From the NCBI GenBank assembly GCA_964016885.1, contig OZ024741.1, forward strand, positions 379,936,001 through 380,000,000: a stretch of 64,000 nt of DNA, written 5' to 3'. Positions 29,479 through 40,776 of the stretch are shown here, piece after piece (position 1 is the stretch's first letter; the number at the start of each line of letters is the position of its first letter). The translations under genes were made by a program, and so were the position numbers. The DNA comes from Eledone cirrhosa (lineage: Eukaryota). The notes beneath the pieces are model-generated. The model saw only the letters and a list, made by a program, of their open reading frames with translations, searched no databases and had not been told where the DNA came from.

Positions 29479-29529
<51 letters not shown>

Positions 29530-29579
29530 AGTATGTATGTATACGTACATACATATATGTATACAGACGTACAGTAGCA

Positions 29580-29643
<64 letters not shown>

Positions 29644-29873
29644 TGCTACTGTACGTCTGTATATGTAAGTATGTATACATACATACTTACATTTAAGTAA
29701 GTGCCGTACTAAGAGTGAGAAATGAAATTTCGTTTCATTATATTACAACTTATCGTTTTCGGTACGCCTGGCCGACTGAACTCACTCGATATGCAAATTA
29801 TGCTGCTCAGCCGTTAATTTTCATAAGGAAAGTATATACTTTCGAAAGTTCAACTATCTGGCAGAAGGGTATA

Positions 29874-29914
29874 CGGTGCTGATGATAGCTAAGAAGCTTG
29901 AAACTAGTACATCG
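29874..29914 (+). ncRNA. Minimal type-I hammerhead ribozyme
   Basis: cggtg-CTGATGA-tagct-aaga-agctt-GAAA-ctag-TA-catcg. Confidence 0.8.
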
Positions 29915-30082
29915 TTCCTGTGTCAGTGTTGAACAAAAATGTGACGTGGATGCCTTAACACCGTACGGCACGAATCAGGCTGTCCGCTTGTTTACAAACG
30001 GACAAAGCGGGCGTTAAAATAAACGTCCGCTAAACTGATACGTACATATATATATATGTGTACAGGTATGTATATATATATA

Positions 30083-30140
<58 letters not shown>

Positions 30141-30376
30141 TGCTACTGTACGTCTGTATACATATATGTATGTACGTATACATACATACTTACATTTAAG
30201 TAAGTGCCGTACTAAGAGTGAGAAATGAAATTTCGTTTCTTTATCTTACAACTTATCGTTTTCGGTACGCCTGGCCGACTGAACTCACTCGATATGCACA
30301 TTAGGCTGCTCAGCCGTTAATTTTCATAAGGAAAGTATATACTTTCGAACGTTCAACTATCTGGCAGAAGGGTATA

Positions 30377-30417
30377 CGGTGCTGATGATAGCTAAGAAGC
30401 TTGAAAAGAGTACATCG
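30377..30417 (+). ncRNA. Minimal type-I hammerhead, stem III palindrome mutated (agag)
   Basis: cggtg-CTGATGA-tagctaagaagctt-GAAA-agag-TA-catcg. Confidence 0.6.
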
Positions 30418-30591
30418 TTCCTGTGTCAGTGTTGAACAAGAAGGTGACGTGGTTGCCTCAACACCGTACGGCATAAATCAGACTGTCCGCTTGTTTACAA
30501 ACGGACAAAGCGTGCGTTATAATAAACGTCCGCTAAACTGATACGTACATATATATATGTGTACCTGTATGTATATATATATATATATATA

Positions 30592-31207
30592 TTTCGTTTC
30601 TGAATTTGTTTAGCAAGATTCTTTATCTGAAATCGTGTGTTGCCAATAAGAAACACACGCACCAGTTGCTTTCACTTCAATTTATTATATATTTATAAAT
30701 TTACAAATTTACAAATTTCTGGTTGGTTGGTTGGTTCCACAACCAGATAGTTGTTTATATATAGTCATAGTTCTTTCGTCACACACTCTGTGACCTCTTC
30801 AGTGACTGGGGATTCCTTTCTTTGTTTCTGTGCCTCTCCTTTGTTCTGTCCTACGCCATTTTGTTTCTGTGTGTGTGTTGTGTGCTCAGTCTGCGCATGC
30901 GCCACATCCGTGTGTCTGTGTGTGTTTATGTTCATTTATCTACTTGTTTATTTACATGTTACTGGTTGGTTGTTTGTTCTATGTGTGTGTGTGTTTTCAT
31001 TTTGTCCTTAATTGTAAGTTGTGATGTTGCTGTTCCACTCATATTTTCTATTTAATTTTGGTTGTAATTCTTTTATGTTTATTGCCTCTGTAATTTGTCT
31101 AAACATTGCGTCTTTTCTGTGTGTAGATTCTATTTTTATTTCTATGTTCTCTAATTTACCCTTGTCTTCTATCTTAGCATGTTGGCAACATGACCCTCCC
31201 AAAGTAT

Positions 31208-31212
<5 letters not shown>
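30592..31212 (-). mobile_element. PLE 3' end: GIY-YIG C-terminus, 3' UTR and HHR (30763-30807)
   Basis: IKIESTHRKDAMFRQITEAINIKELQPKLNRKYEW; agtca-CTGAAGA-ggtcac-agagtgt-gtgac-GAAA-gaac-TA-tgact. Confidence 0.75.
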
Positions 31213-31242
<30 letters not shown>

Positions 31243-31455
31243 TGCTACTGTACGTCTGTATACATATATGTATGTACGTATACATACATACTTATATTTA
31301 AGTAAGTGCCGTACTAAGAGTGAGAAATGAAATTTCGTTTCATTATATTACAACTTATATATATATATATATATATATACATGTGTGTGTGTGTGTATGT
31401 GTGTGCGTGTGTGTGTACGCACACACGTACACACAGACACTCTCTCACACACTCA

Positions 31456-31592
<137 letters not shown>

Positions 31593-31685
31593 TAACGTTA
31601 TATTAACGTTATATATTGACGTTATAGTCGCATATATGTTATAGAATGCCGTTAGCTTCTTGCTAAAACAATCTCTATACCTCTC

Positions 31686-31724
<39 letters not shown>

Positions 31725-31992
31725 TTATATGACCCTGTGATACAAAACGTATAGTTAAAATGAACGCCAATATTTAGAAAATCCATATAAGTAAATTACA
31801 TGTGTTACTGTATGTGTTTCTGTATGTGAGGAATAAAATACAGATTCAGATTTTCTGATATCATATTCTATACCGAGATTTATTTCAACTATAGTTTTTG
31901 TACTATGAAATCACATTATTCATACATTCTCATTTTTTTATTTTTGCATTGACCTATTCACCACTGAGATGATATTCCGGTTCCTTGTATAG

Positions 31993-32095
31993 ATTTGGAG
32001 AAACGTTAACGTTTTATGTTGCTGTCATTTATCATTTTGAAAACATGAAATATCATGCAAATATTCATGCCATTATGATACATGCTTCGGCATAA
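31993..32095 (+). other. Possible terminal coding exon (FGETLTFYVAVIYHFENMKYHANIHAIMIHASA*), duplicated in inverted orientation at 42895-42997
   Basis: Acceptor-like ttccttgtatag, open frame to TAA, indel-free paralogue. Confidence 0.25.
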
Positions 32096-32703
32096 TTAAA
32101 AAAAAAATGATATAGCAGCTGGGGGAAAATACGAGGAAGAAACTCGCTGATGTGCAGTTTAAAATGGAATGAATTCCTGTGCATTCTTTATCTCGTGATG
32201 TTACATTTCGTTTGCTAATTGAAATGCTAATGTGGATGTATATTAAGTAGAATCTATCTATAGTATGTATATACCCGTAACTACTCATGGAGTCGTAATG
32301 GTGCCGTAGTGACATACAATGGGCTAGGGTACTTTAGAACCTGACGGGAGCCTGTCTGAAGAAAACCATTTTTCAAGATCTGCAAGATAAAAACACACAA
32401 TACATTCTATAAAATGGTTGGTTATATAGAGGGAAGCCAACCGTAGAGAGCTTGCCAAAATAAGAGTCGAAGGGACTCTTCAGTTGTATCAAAGACATTA
32501 CAATCACCCTAGTGTTGGTTAAAAGATGTAGAAATCCTACCAAACAAAGGCTCGGAGGACACTTTAGCTGTGTCAAAAACGTATCTTCCTAGTACTAGTG
32601 TCTCATTAAAATGCACTTGGTTGAGCGCGAGATCTTATGTAAGTGTGATGCAGAGTCTTATATCTTCTAGGAATTCAGTGTCACCGCTTGAGTTTGGATT
32701 ACT

Positions 32704-32751
<48 letters not shown>

Positions 32752-33343
32752 TATCAATATATCTTGCACCTGCAGCTTGACAGGTATCATTAATATTGAG
32801 TACATTTGTGGAGTGAAAAGCTTCATCATCGTAGTACCATTAGAGTGGGTTGGTTTTATTTTATATGTTATTCAACTGGTTGATTGTAATGTGTTTTTGG
32901 ATAGGTTAGGATTCTTCTATTTAGTTGTTTATTATGGATGCGTCAGAAAAATCATTAAATAGTGTATCATGTATTGCATGATTGAAGATCCCTATTGAAA
33001 AATTTCTGTTAAAATACTTTTTATCATATGTTGATATTAATTTTGATTAAATGGGTAATTTCATTTGTGTGGTGTGCTTTTGTCTAATTTAGGCGTGTCC
33101 TATTTTGTTAGTTTTCTAGAGGGAACATTATATATGCACATAGAAATTATTTTGGTTTATCTCTAATTAATTCTACAACAGATTTTCCTAAACTAATTTT
33201 TATTCTTCAAATTTATTGTTATTACTATATATATATACATATATATATGTATATATACATATATATATATAGAAGACGTAAAATAAGAAAATATCTTTTA
33301 AAAAAATTAAAAAAATTTTTTTTACTTACTTACTTAAATTTTC

Positions 33344-33425
33344 ACTCCAACTAATTAGTTTCTGCAATGGGATAAAGACAGTTACATAATCCAACTGTCG
33401 AGAATTCATTGCGTCATCAGGGAGT
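33344..33425 (-). ncRNA. Type-I hammerhead ribozyme (antisense copy)
   Basis: Reverse complement of 33598-33679. Confidence 0.8.
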
Positions 33426-33597
33426 CTTGGCCTCTATGTCACGTGATTGATTCTTTAGAATCGGCCATTTGACTGGAAGCAGTGAGAATTTCAGTACATA
33501 GAATCCAGTCCTCGCCTAGCTGTTCTTTCTACCGAATTATTATTTTTATATGAGCCGCCAGTGTCCGCGCATTGCCTGGAGGCTCAGCTGAGAATAG

Positions 33598-33679
33598 ACT
33601 CCCTGATGACGCAATGAATTCTCGACAGTTGGATTATGTAACTGTCTTTATCCCATTGCAGAAACTAATTAGTTGGAGT
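33598..33679 (+). ncRNA. Type-I hammerhead ribozyme
   Basis: actcc-CTGATGA-c-gcaatg..gacagtt..aactgtc..cattgc-a-GAAA-ctaattag-TT-ggagt. Confidence 0.85.
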
Positions 33680-34152
33680 GAAAATTTAAGTAAGTAAGTA
33701 AAAAAATTTTTTTAAATTTTTTTAAAAGATATATTCTTATTTTACGTCTTTTATATTATTGTTCTGCACCCTCCTGCATTGAACCACCTAGGTACTATGA
33801 CATAACCTGTGTATTTGCTGGCATGGACGTACATCTGTGCGCCTATGTTAGTTGATATATTAAATTATCTATATTTATCTCCAAATCACTGATTTGTCGA
33901 GCAAACCTGCCAAAACCACTTCAACATTTTTTTTTGGGGTGTTAGTAGGCGTCAGTCATCTTACCATCCCATTCCTTCTAACTGGCCTCTATGTCACGTG
34001 ATTGATTCTTTAGAATCGGCCATTTGACTGGAAGCAGTGAGAATTTCAGTACATAGATTCCAGTCCTCGCCTAGCTGTTCTTTCTACCGAATTATTATTT
34101 TTATATGAGCCGCCAGTGTCCGCGCATTGCCTGGAGGCTCAGCTGAGAATAG

Positions 34153-34234
34153 ACTCCCTGATGACGCAATGAATTCTCGACAGTTGGATTATGTAACTGT
34201 CTTTATCCCATTGCAGAAACTAATTAGTTGGAGT
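34153..34234 (+). ncRNA. Type-I hammerhead ribozyme (unit 2)
   Basis: Same as 33598-33679. Confidence 0.85.
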
Positions 34235-34706
34235 GAAAATTTAAGTAAGTAAGTAAAAAAATTTTAAAAAATTTTTTTAAAAGATATATTCTTATTTTAC
34301 GTCTTTTATATTATTGTTCTGCACCCTCCTGCATTGAACCACCTAGGTACTATGACATAACCTGTGTATTTGCTGGCATGGACGTACATCTGTGCGCCTA
34401 TGTTAGTTGATATATTAAATTATCTATATTTATCTCCAAATCACTGATTTGTCGAGCAAACCTGCCAAAACCACTTCAAAATTTTTTTGGGGGTGTTAGT
34501 AGGCGTCAGTCATCTTACCATCCCATTCCTTCTAACTGGCCTCTATGTCACGTGATTGATTCTTTAGAATCGGCCATTTGACTGGAAGCAGTGAGAATTT
34601 CAGTACATAGAATCCAGTCCTCGCCTAGCTGTTCTTTCTACCGAATTATTATTTTTATATGAGCCGCCAGTGTCCGCGCATTGCCTGGAGGCTCAGCTGA
34701 GAATAG

Positions 34707-34788
34707 ACTCCCTGATGACGCAATGAATTCTCGACAGTTGGATTATGTAACTGTCTTTATCCCATTGCAGAAACTAATTAGTTGGAGT
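34707..34788 (+). ncRNA. Type-I hammerhead ribozyme (unit 3)
   Basis: Same as 33598-33679. Confidence 0.85.
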
Positions 34789-35168
34789 GAAAATTTAAGT
34801 AAGTAAGTAAAAAATTCTTTAAAAATTTTTTTAAAAGATATTTTCTTATTTTACGTCTTTTATATTATTGTTCTGCACCCTCCTGCATTGAACCACCTAG
34901 GTACTATGACATAACCTGTGTATTTGCTGGCATGGACGTTCGTCTGTGCGCCTATGTTAGTTGATATATTAAATTATCTATATATATATATAGATATATA
35001 TATATTTAAGCTTGTTGAATCCCAACAAATTAAATATAACCTCTGCATATATATATATGTATATATGTATATATACATATATATGTATGTGTATATACAT
35101 ATATATGTGTATACACATATATGTATATACATATATATGCATATATATATACATATATATATACATAT

Positions 35169-35238
<70 letters not shown>

Positions 35239-35272
35239 AGATTTGAATGGATACAGTTTAGTTGAAAGGAAT

Positions 35273-35389
35273 TTATTGACACGTGTTTCTATAACAGTTA
35301 CATAACCTAAAACAGCTATCTACAAACTTTTAGTTATGCAGACATTCAATATTTCAATGTTATTATTTACTGTCATTTCATCAGAATAA
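35273..35389 (-). ncRNA. Type-I hammerhead ribozyme with extended stem II (PLE 3' pseudo-LTR)
   Basis: ttatt-CTGATGA-a-atgacagt...actgttat-a-GAAA-cacgtg-TC-aataa; GUC cleavage triplet. Confidence 0.8.
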
Positions 35390-35974
35390 TATTACTGAGG
35401 ACCTATTTAGTTTTTATAGAGAATATTAGGAGGGAGGGGTGAAGTTGTTAGAAGAATAGTTGAAGGAGTGGTTTTTCGATAGCAGTGAGAATGCTTGGTG
35501 GCAGTGAGTAATTAGATTCCCATCTGTTGTTTTGACATTTTTTATAGAATATATTATTGGTTATTTTTCTAAATCTATAGAAGGATTAGAGATAGTAAAG
35601 ATATGCGTGGTTGGTTTTGTGTTTGCACTTAACATTCAGACTTAAATTTTTCTTTCAAGTGTACGTATTCTTTCACCCACGCATTCACACACAAATATAT
35701 TTGCACACCTCTACAAAATACATATATTCACAATTCACATATTCATACTTACATATATATACACATGCATACACATATATATACACACATGTATTCATGT
35801 ACATACATACGCGCTCATGTGTATACATTTTCATACTCAACTTATCTTTATATATACACACGTATAGACACACACATATATACATACATACTCTAGTCCA
35901 TGTGTACGCACATACACATACATACACATCCATATACACATACATACATACACATATATATATATATATATACT

Positions 35975-36038
<64 letters not shown>

Positions 36039-36329
36039 CACATATACACACATATACATATACACACATATATATATATATATATAAGCACTTTAATACA
36101 TGAATACACTTACATCTAACTATACACATCAAACATATATATATATTTACTTATCTATATACATTTTCACATATATATACATACTTATGGACGTTTTTAG
36201 ACACATTCATTATCGCATATTTGTACCTATTCTCATCAGCATATCTTTTCATTATTAGTATGGTAATTTAAGGTTATTAATATATGTTGAGAAGAGATTG
36301 TTTTTATATTTTTCTAACTAGATTAAGGT

Positions 36330-38642
36330 TTATATAGTTGGGGGAAAAAAAAGGGTTTTAGTTCTGTGACGGCAGAATAATGTTCGTTCAATTCTGTTAT
36401 TCAGCAGTTTCTTCTTGTGTGTGATTATGTAATAAATCTCAAGATTACACAATTTGCAGAAATTTTGGCTCCTGGAAAAGCTTTGGGTTTTAGCTAATTT
36501 TTCCCATTTTAGGGTAAACTTTTGATTGCTATCCCTGAGCGTCCAAGCTTTTTCTGCTAAGGTTGTTACATTTCTTTGGCTCTGGTGTTTTATTGAGTAA
36601 GAATGCCTATACAATCGAGATTTAAACGATGTTGCCGTTGATCCCACGTAATACCACTCGTTGCCTCCGGATTTAATGGTACACTTATAAATAATATTTT
36701 TTTCCAGGCAGTTATTGCCGAGGGGGCAGTTGTCAGGATAGGTGCAGTTACAGTTGTGTACGTTGGGTTTTCTCTGGAGTAGTATTGCGGACGAACTTAG
36801 GTGTGGTTTATTTATGTTCTGTAGTGTATTGTCTACTGTTTTTTTGGGGTTCTTTGTACTTAAGTTCTTAGTGTTTTCGTTTAACCTTCTAGTATTGATC
36901 TTTTTTATGTGTTGTTCAAGGTTTAACGCTGTAGAGTATGACAGTCTTATAGTGGTAGGGTTTAGGATTTTGTGGTATTTGTGTGATGTGGGAAAATGTC
37001 TTTTAATTATTTTAAAGAAGAGTACTGGTAAATTTGTACTAATGGAGCTATTGTATTCGGGGTTATACCATAAGTACTCTTTGCATCGCTTTCTATTAGT
37101 TTTGTTTGTTGGTTTACTGGTGTGCATACTATGGTAGTAAGTGTGGTTTGGTGTTGTGTTATTATATCTACCTATGTGGGATTTATTTTGGGTGTTTTGA
37201 TTGTTCCCATCTATGTACTCTATTTTGTTGAGGTAGCCTGCTTTACTAAGGGCGTTATCGTAGTACTCGGCGTGTTCCTTAAATACTTGTATGTTAGAAG
37301 ATAGACCCGAGATTCTAAGGGAAATATTTTTAGGGATAGATTTAATTATAGAGATGGGGTGGTTAGACCCAACATTTACGTATTTGAGATTTTCATTCAA
37401 TTTATGAAACGGTTTAATCAAACCAGAGTTTAAATTGAGTGTGACATCCAGGAAGTTAACTACTTTAAGGTTGTATTCATATGTTATAGTTAGTCCTATT
37501 TCGAGTAGTAGTTTTCTTATATCTTTGCGTAGTTTTTCTAGTTTTTGGTTATTAAGGTTTTTAGCTAGGAGGAGAACATCGTCGCGGTATATTCCGCCGT
37601 GGAGATTGCTGAATTTTTCCTGGAGTTTAAAGGCGATAAATAACCCCACAATATCAGTTATTTCCGCCGAATCGTTAGAGCCCATTGTTATGTCAAAGTT
37701 AGAGGGTCTATCTTTACGTACCCAATAACTGTTCTCAAATTTGACTATAGTTTTCCTAGCTTCTAATATAATCTTAATTTCATCGTTTGTAAGGTCAGAG
37801 TTATCTTTAGCAAACTTAATGGCTCTATTCAAAGTTTCAGGTGATATCGATGAGTAATATTCATCGATATCAAACTGGATAAACTTAGATTTATTCTTAT
37901 TGCTAATGCTATTAAACCATCTTATTGCTTCTTGGGTCTTCCCCCAGAGTTTAATGTTAACCTTAGCCTTAATTTGGGGGATGATTCTATCTAAGATATA
38001 TTTGCTTATTTTACCTATATCTGATTTAGAGGGGCAGATTAATCTTATTTTAGGGTCATTATCAAAGTTTACCTTGTGGTCCTTAAGATTGAAGGTAGGT
38101 ACCGCCGGTAAGAGTGGTCCTGTCCTATCTTCGATTCCGAGATTTTTCACTATTTCGCATGCCCCATCATTGATGTGCTTAAGGGTTACTTCACTCGTTT
38201 TTCTATATTTTTTATGTAATTCTTTTCGAATGAAGTTGTTGTATGTAGTGCAATCCATAGTGTACAGGTTTGATGTTTTGTCCGCTTTTACTACAATTCC
38301 TTTGGTGTTTTTAAGGTCGTCCAGTAGTTTTTTTATATCTTTCTGTAATTTGCTGTTGGTGTTGCGTCCTTTGAATTTAATTTTAAGGATTAAGTTCATA
38401 AGGTCCTGCTCAAATGCATCTAATAGTGGGTTGGTGGGTGGGTTTTTACAAGTCCTAAAACCGAATTTGTTGTTTACACCACTTTCTAATGTTGAGTTCA
38501 TACGGCTTCTATCATAGTGGAGCGTTTTCCACCTGACACGTCGAATGAATTCATTAGTTTTTTGAATCATGCTCAATAAATATTCCTTTCTACCTTGGGT
38601 TGGTATGTTTTTGAGTGACATATCCAGGTAGTGTTTTTCCAT
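36330..38642 (-). CDS. PLE polyprotein: reverse transcriptase + C-terminal GIY-YIG endonuclease (Hydra-type), 770 aa
   Basis: VKADKT, LKDHK..F...PKIRLICP, FDIDEYYSSI, FDITMGSNDSAE, YRDD, VNFLDVTL, CNC.....CPL.NNCL, IIYKC...YYVGST...FKSR, KW...CKLC..E, CRH. Confidence 0.92.
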   Translation of the reverse strand: MEKHYLDMSLKNIPTQGRKEYLLSMIQKTNEFIRRVRWKTLHYDRSRMNSTLESGVNNKFGFRTCKNPPTNPLLDAFEQDLMNLILKIKFKGRNTNSKLQKDIKKLLDDLKNTKGIVVKADKTSNLYTMDCTTYNNFIRKELHKKYRKTSEVTLKHINDGACEIVKNLGIEDRTGPLLPAVPTFNLKDHKVNFDNDPKIRLICPSKSDIGKISKYILDRIIPQIKAKVNIKLWGKTQEAIRWFNSISNKNKSKFIQFDIDEYYSSISPETLNRAIKFAKDNSDLTNDEIKIILEARKTIVKFENSYWVRKDRPSNFDITMGSNDSAEITDIVGLFIAFKLQEKFSNLHGGIYRDDVLLLAKNLNNQKLEKLRKDIRKLLLEIGLTITYEYNLKVVNFLDVTLNLNSGLIKPFHKLNENLKYVNVGSNHPISIIKSIPKNISLRISGLSSNIQVFKEHAEYYDNALSKAGYLNKIEYIDGNNQNTQNKSHIGRYNNTTPNHTYYHSMHTSKPTNKTNRKRCKEYLWYNPEYNSSISTNLPVLFFKIIKRHFPTSHKYHKILNPTTIRLSYSTALNLEQHIKKINTRRLNENTKNLSTKNPKKTVDNTLQNINKPHLSSSAILLQRKPNVHNCNCTYPDNCPLGNNCLEKNIIYKCTIKSGGNEWYYVGSTATSFKSRLYRHSYSIKHQSQRNVTTLAEKAWTLRDSNQKFTLKWEKLAKTQSFSRSQNFCKLCNLEIYYIITHKKKLLNNRIERTLFCRHRTKTLFFPPTI

Positions 38643-38846
38643 TGTTGTGGTTGCGTTTGCTGTGTGGGTTGCTCGACTTTACAGGAGGTAAATATACAGT
38701 ATTTTCCGTTGTGTTGTAATATAAATATTACACACAGTAGATTATCAGCTCACGTAGAGTTTGCTCGACGGTTCCAGTTGTAGTTCCAAAAGTAATCCGG
38801 AGAAAAATAGAAAGATTTGAATGGATACAGTTTAGTTGAAAGGAAT

Positions 38847-38963
38847 TTATTGACACGTGTTTCTATAACAGTTACATAACCTAAAACAGCTATCTACAAA
38901 CTTTTAGTTATGCAGACATTCAATATTTCAATGTTATTATTTACTGTCATTTCATCAGAATAA
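38847..38963 (-). ncRNA. Type-I hammerhead ribozyme (5' pseudo-LTR copy)
   Basis: Same as 35273-35389, offset 3574 bp. Confidence 0.8.
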
Positions 38964-39548
38964 TATTACTGAGGACCTATTTAGTTTTTATAGAGAATAT
39001 TAGGAGGGAGGGGTGAAGTTGTTAGAAGAATAGTTGAAGGAGTGGTTTTTCGATAGCAGTGAGAATTCTTGGTGGCAGTGAGTAATTAGATTCCCATCTG
39101 TTGTTTTGACATTTTTTATAGAATATATTATTGGTTATTTTTCTAAATCTATAGAAGGATTAGAGATAGTAAAGATATGCGTGGTTGGTTTTGTGTTTGC
39201 ACTTAACATTCAGACTTAAATTTTTCTTTCAAGTGTACGTATTCTTTCACCCACGCATTCACACACAAATATATTTGCACACCTCTACAAAATACATATA
39301 TTCACAATTCACATATTCATACTTACATATATATACACATGCATACACATATATATACACACATGTATTCATGTACATACATACGCGCTCATGTGTATAC
39401 ATTTTCATACTCAACTTATCTTTATATATACACACGTATAGACACACACATATATACATACATACTCTAGTCCATGTGTACGCACATACACATACGTACA
39501 CATCCATATACACATACATACATACACATATATATATATATATATACT

Positions 39549-39612
<64 letters not shown>

Positions 39613-39929
39613 CACATATACACACATATACATATACACACATATATATATATATATATAAGCACTTTAATACATGAATACACTTACATCTAACTATACA
39701 CATCAAACATATATATATATTTACTTATCTATATACATTTTCACATATATATACATACTTATGGACGTTTTTAGACACATTCATTATCGCATATTTGTAC
39801 CTATTCTCATCAGCATATCTTTTCATTATTAGTATGGTAATTTAAGGTTATTAATATATGTTGAGAAGAGATTGTTTTTATATTTTTCTAACTAGATTAA
39901 GGTTTATATAGTTGGGGGATGTCCCTCTT

Positions 39930-40723
39930 TTATGTAATATTCGGCTTGTAGTGGGAAAAAAGGGTTTTAGTTCTGTGACGGCAGAATAATGTTCGTTCAA
40001 TTCTGTTATTCAGCAGTTTCTTCTTGTGTGTGATTATGTAATAAATCTCAAGATTACACAATTTGCAGAAATTTTGGCTCCTGGAAAAGCTTTGGGTTTT
40101 AGCTAATTTTTCCCATTTTAGGGTAAACTTTTGATTGCTATCCCTGAGCGTCCAAGCTTTTTCTGCTAAGGTTGTTACATTTCTTTGGCTCTGGTGTTTT
40201 ATTGAGTAAGAATGCCTATACAATCGAGATTTAAACGATGTTGCCGTTGATCCCACGTAATACCACTCGTTGCCTCCGGATTTAATGGTACACTTATAAA
40301 TAATATTTTTTTCCAGGCAGTTATTGCCGAGGGGGCAGTTGTCAGGATAGGTGCAGTTACAGTTGTGTACGTTGGGTTTTCTCTGGAGTAGTATTGCGGA
40401 CGAACTTAGGTGTGGTTTATTTATGTTCTGTAGTGTATTGTCTACTGTTTTTTTGGGGTTCTTTGTACTTAAGTTCTTAGTGTTTTCGTTTAACCTTCTA
40501 GTATTGATCTTTTTTATGTGTTGTTCAAGGTTTAACGCTGTAGAGTATGACAGTCTTATAGTGGTAGGGTTTAGGATTTTGTGGTATTTGTGTGATGTGG
40601 GAAAATGTCTTTTAATTATTTTAAAGAAGAGTACTGGTAAATTTGTACTAATGGAGCTATTGTATTCGGGGTTATACCATAAGTACTCTTTGCATCGCTT
40701 TCTATTAGTTTTGTTTGTTGGTT

Positions 40724-40725
<2 letters not shown>
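39930..40725 (-). pseudogene. 5'-truncated duplicate of the GIY-YIG half of the PLE ORF within the pseudo-LTR
   Basis: Translation matches the C-terminal ~255 aa of 36330-38642 but ends KTLFSHYKPNIT. Confidence 0.85.

Positions 40726-40776
<51 letters not shown>

Larger units (their letters stand above)
25690..29480 (+). mobile_element. Near full-length decayed Neptune-type Penelope-like element (RT + GIY-YIG) with 3' pseudo-LTR, flanked by (TA)n
   Basis: INLS..., KGLKFTPTP, IIIKESDKGS, RPIVAGPQCETHRL, FDVVNLYT, GTAKGTKAASTYANL, WKRYLDD, YKPTDSKQYL, CGRSNCGTC, FTCSSKNLLYAIKCKGC..YIGQT; many frameshifts. Confidence 0.85.
29522..30572 (+). mobile_element. Retrozyme-like tandem of ~503-bp units with a short inverted head; partial third copy at 31238-31357
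   Basis: gcatgctactgtacgtctgtata at 29641 and 30138; inverted copy at 29522-29585; one HHR per unit. Confidence 0.75.
33273..34983 (+). mobile_element. Retrozyme-like array: three ~555-bp units (starting 33428, 33983, 34537; third truncated) preceded by a 155-bp inverted copy (33273-33427), in (TA)n
   Basis: Units almost identical (tggcctctatgtcacgtgattg...); no ORF; one HHR per unit. Confidence 0.9.
35233..40725 (-). mobile_element. Young Penelope-like element in partial tandem: full copy 35233-38806 plus upstream pseudo-LTR 38807-40725
   Basis: 38807-40725 nearly identical to 35233-37116; both outer ends lie in microsatellite; intact ORF; HHR in each repeat. Confidence 0.9.

Noticed and set aside
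32440-32490. Reverse-strand CTGAAGA-gtc..gac motif
   Set aside because: GAAA box missing; at most a decayed relic.
33428-34983. CRISPR array or plain satellite
   Set aside because: No repeat-spacer structure; eukaryotic context; units are whole-length copies containing HHRs.
36742-38517. Plus-strand ORFs of 60-205 aa
   Set aside because: Antisense shadows of the PLE ORF.
36330-38642. Naiad-type or selenoprotein PLE
   Set aside because: Endonuclease is C-terminal and the ORF has no in-frame TGA.
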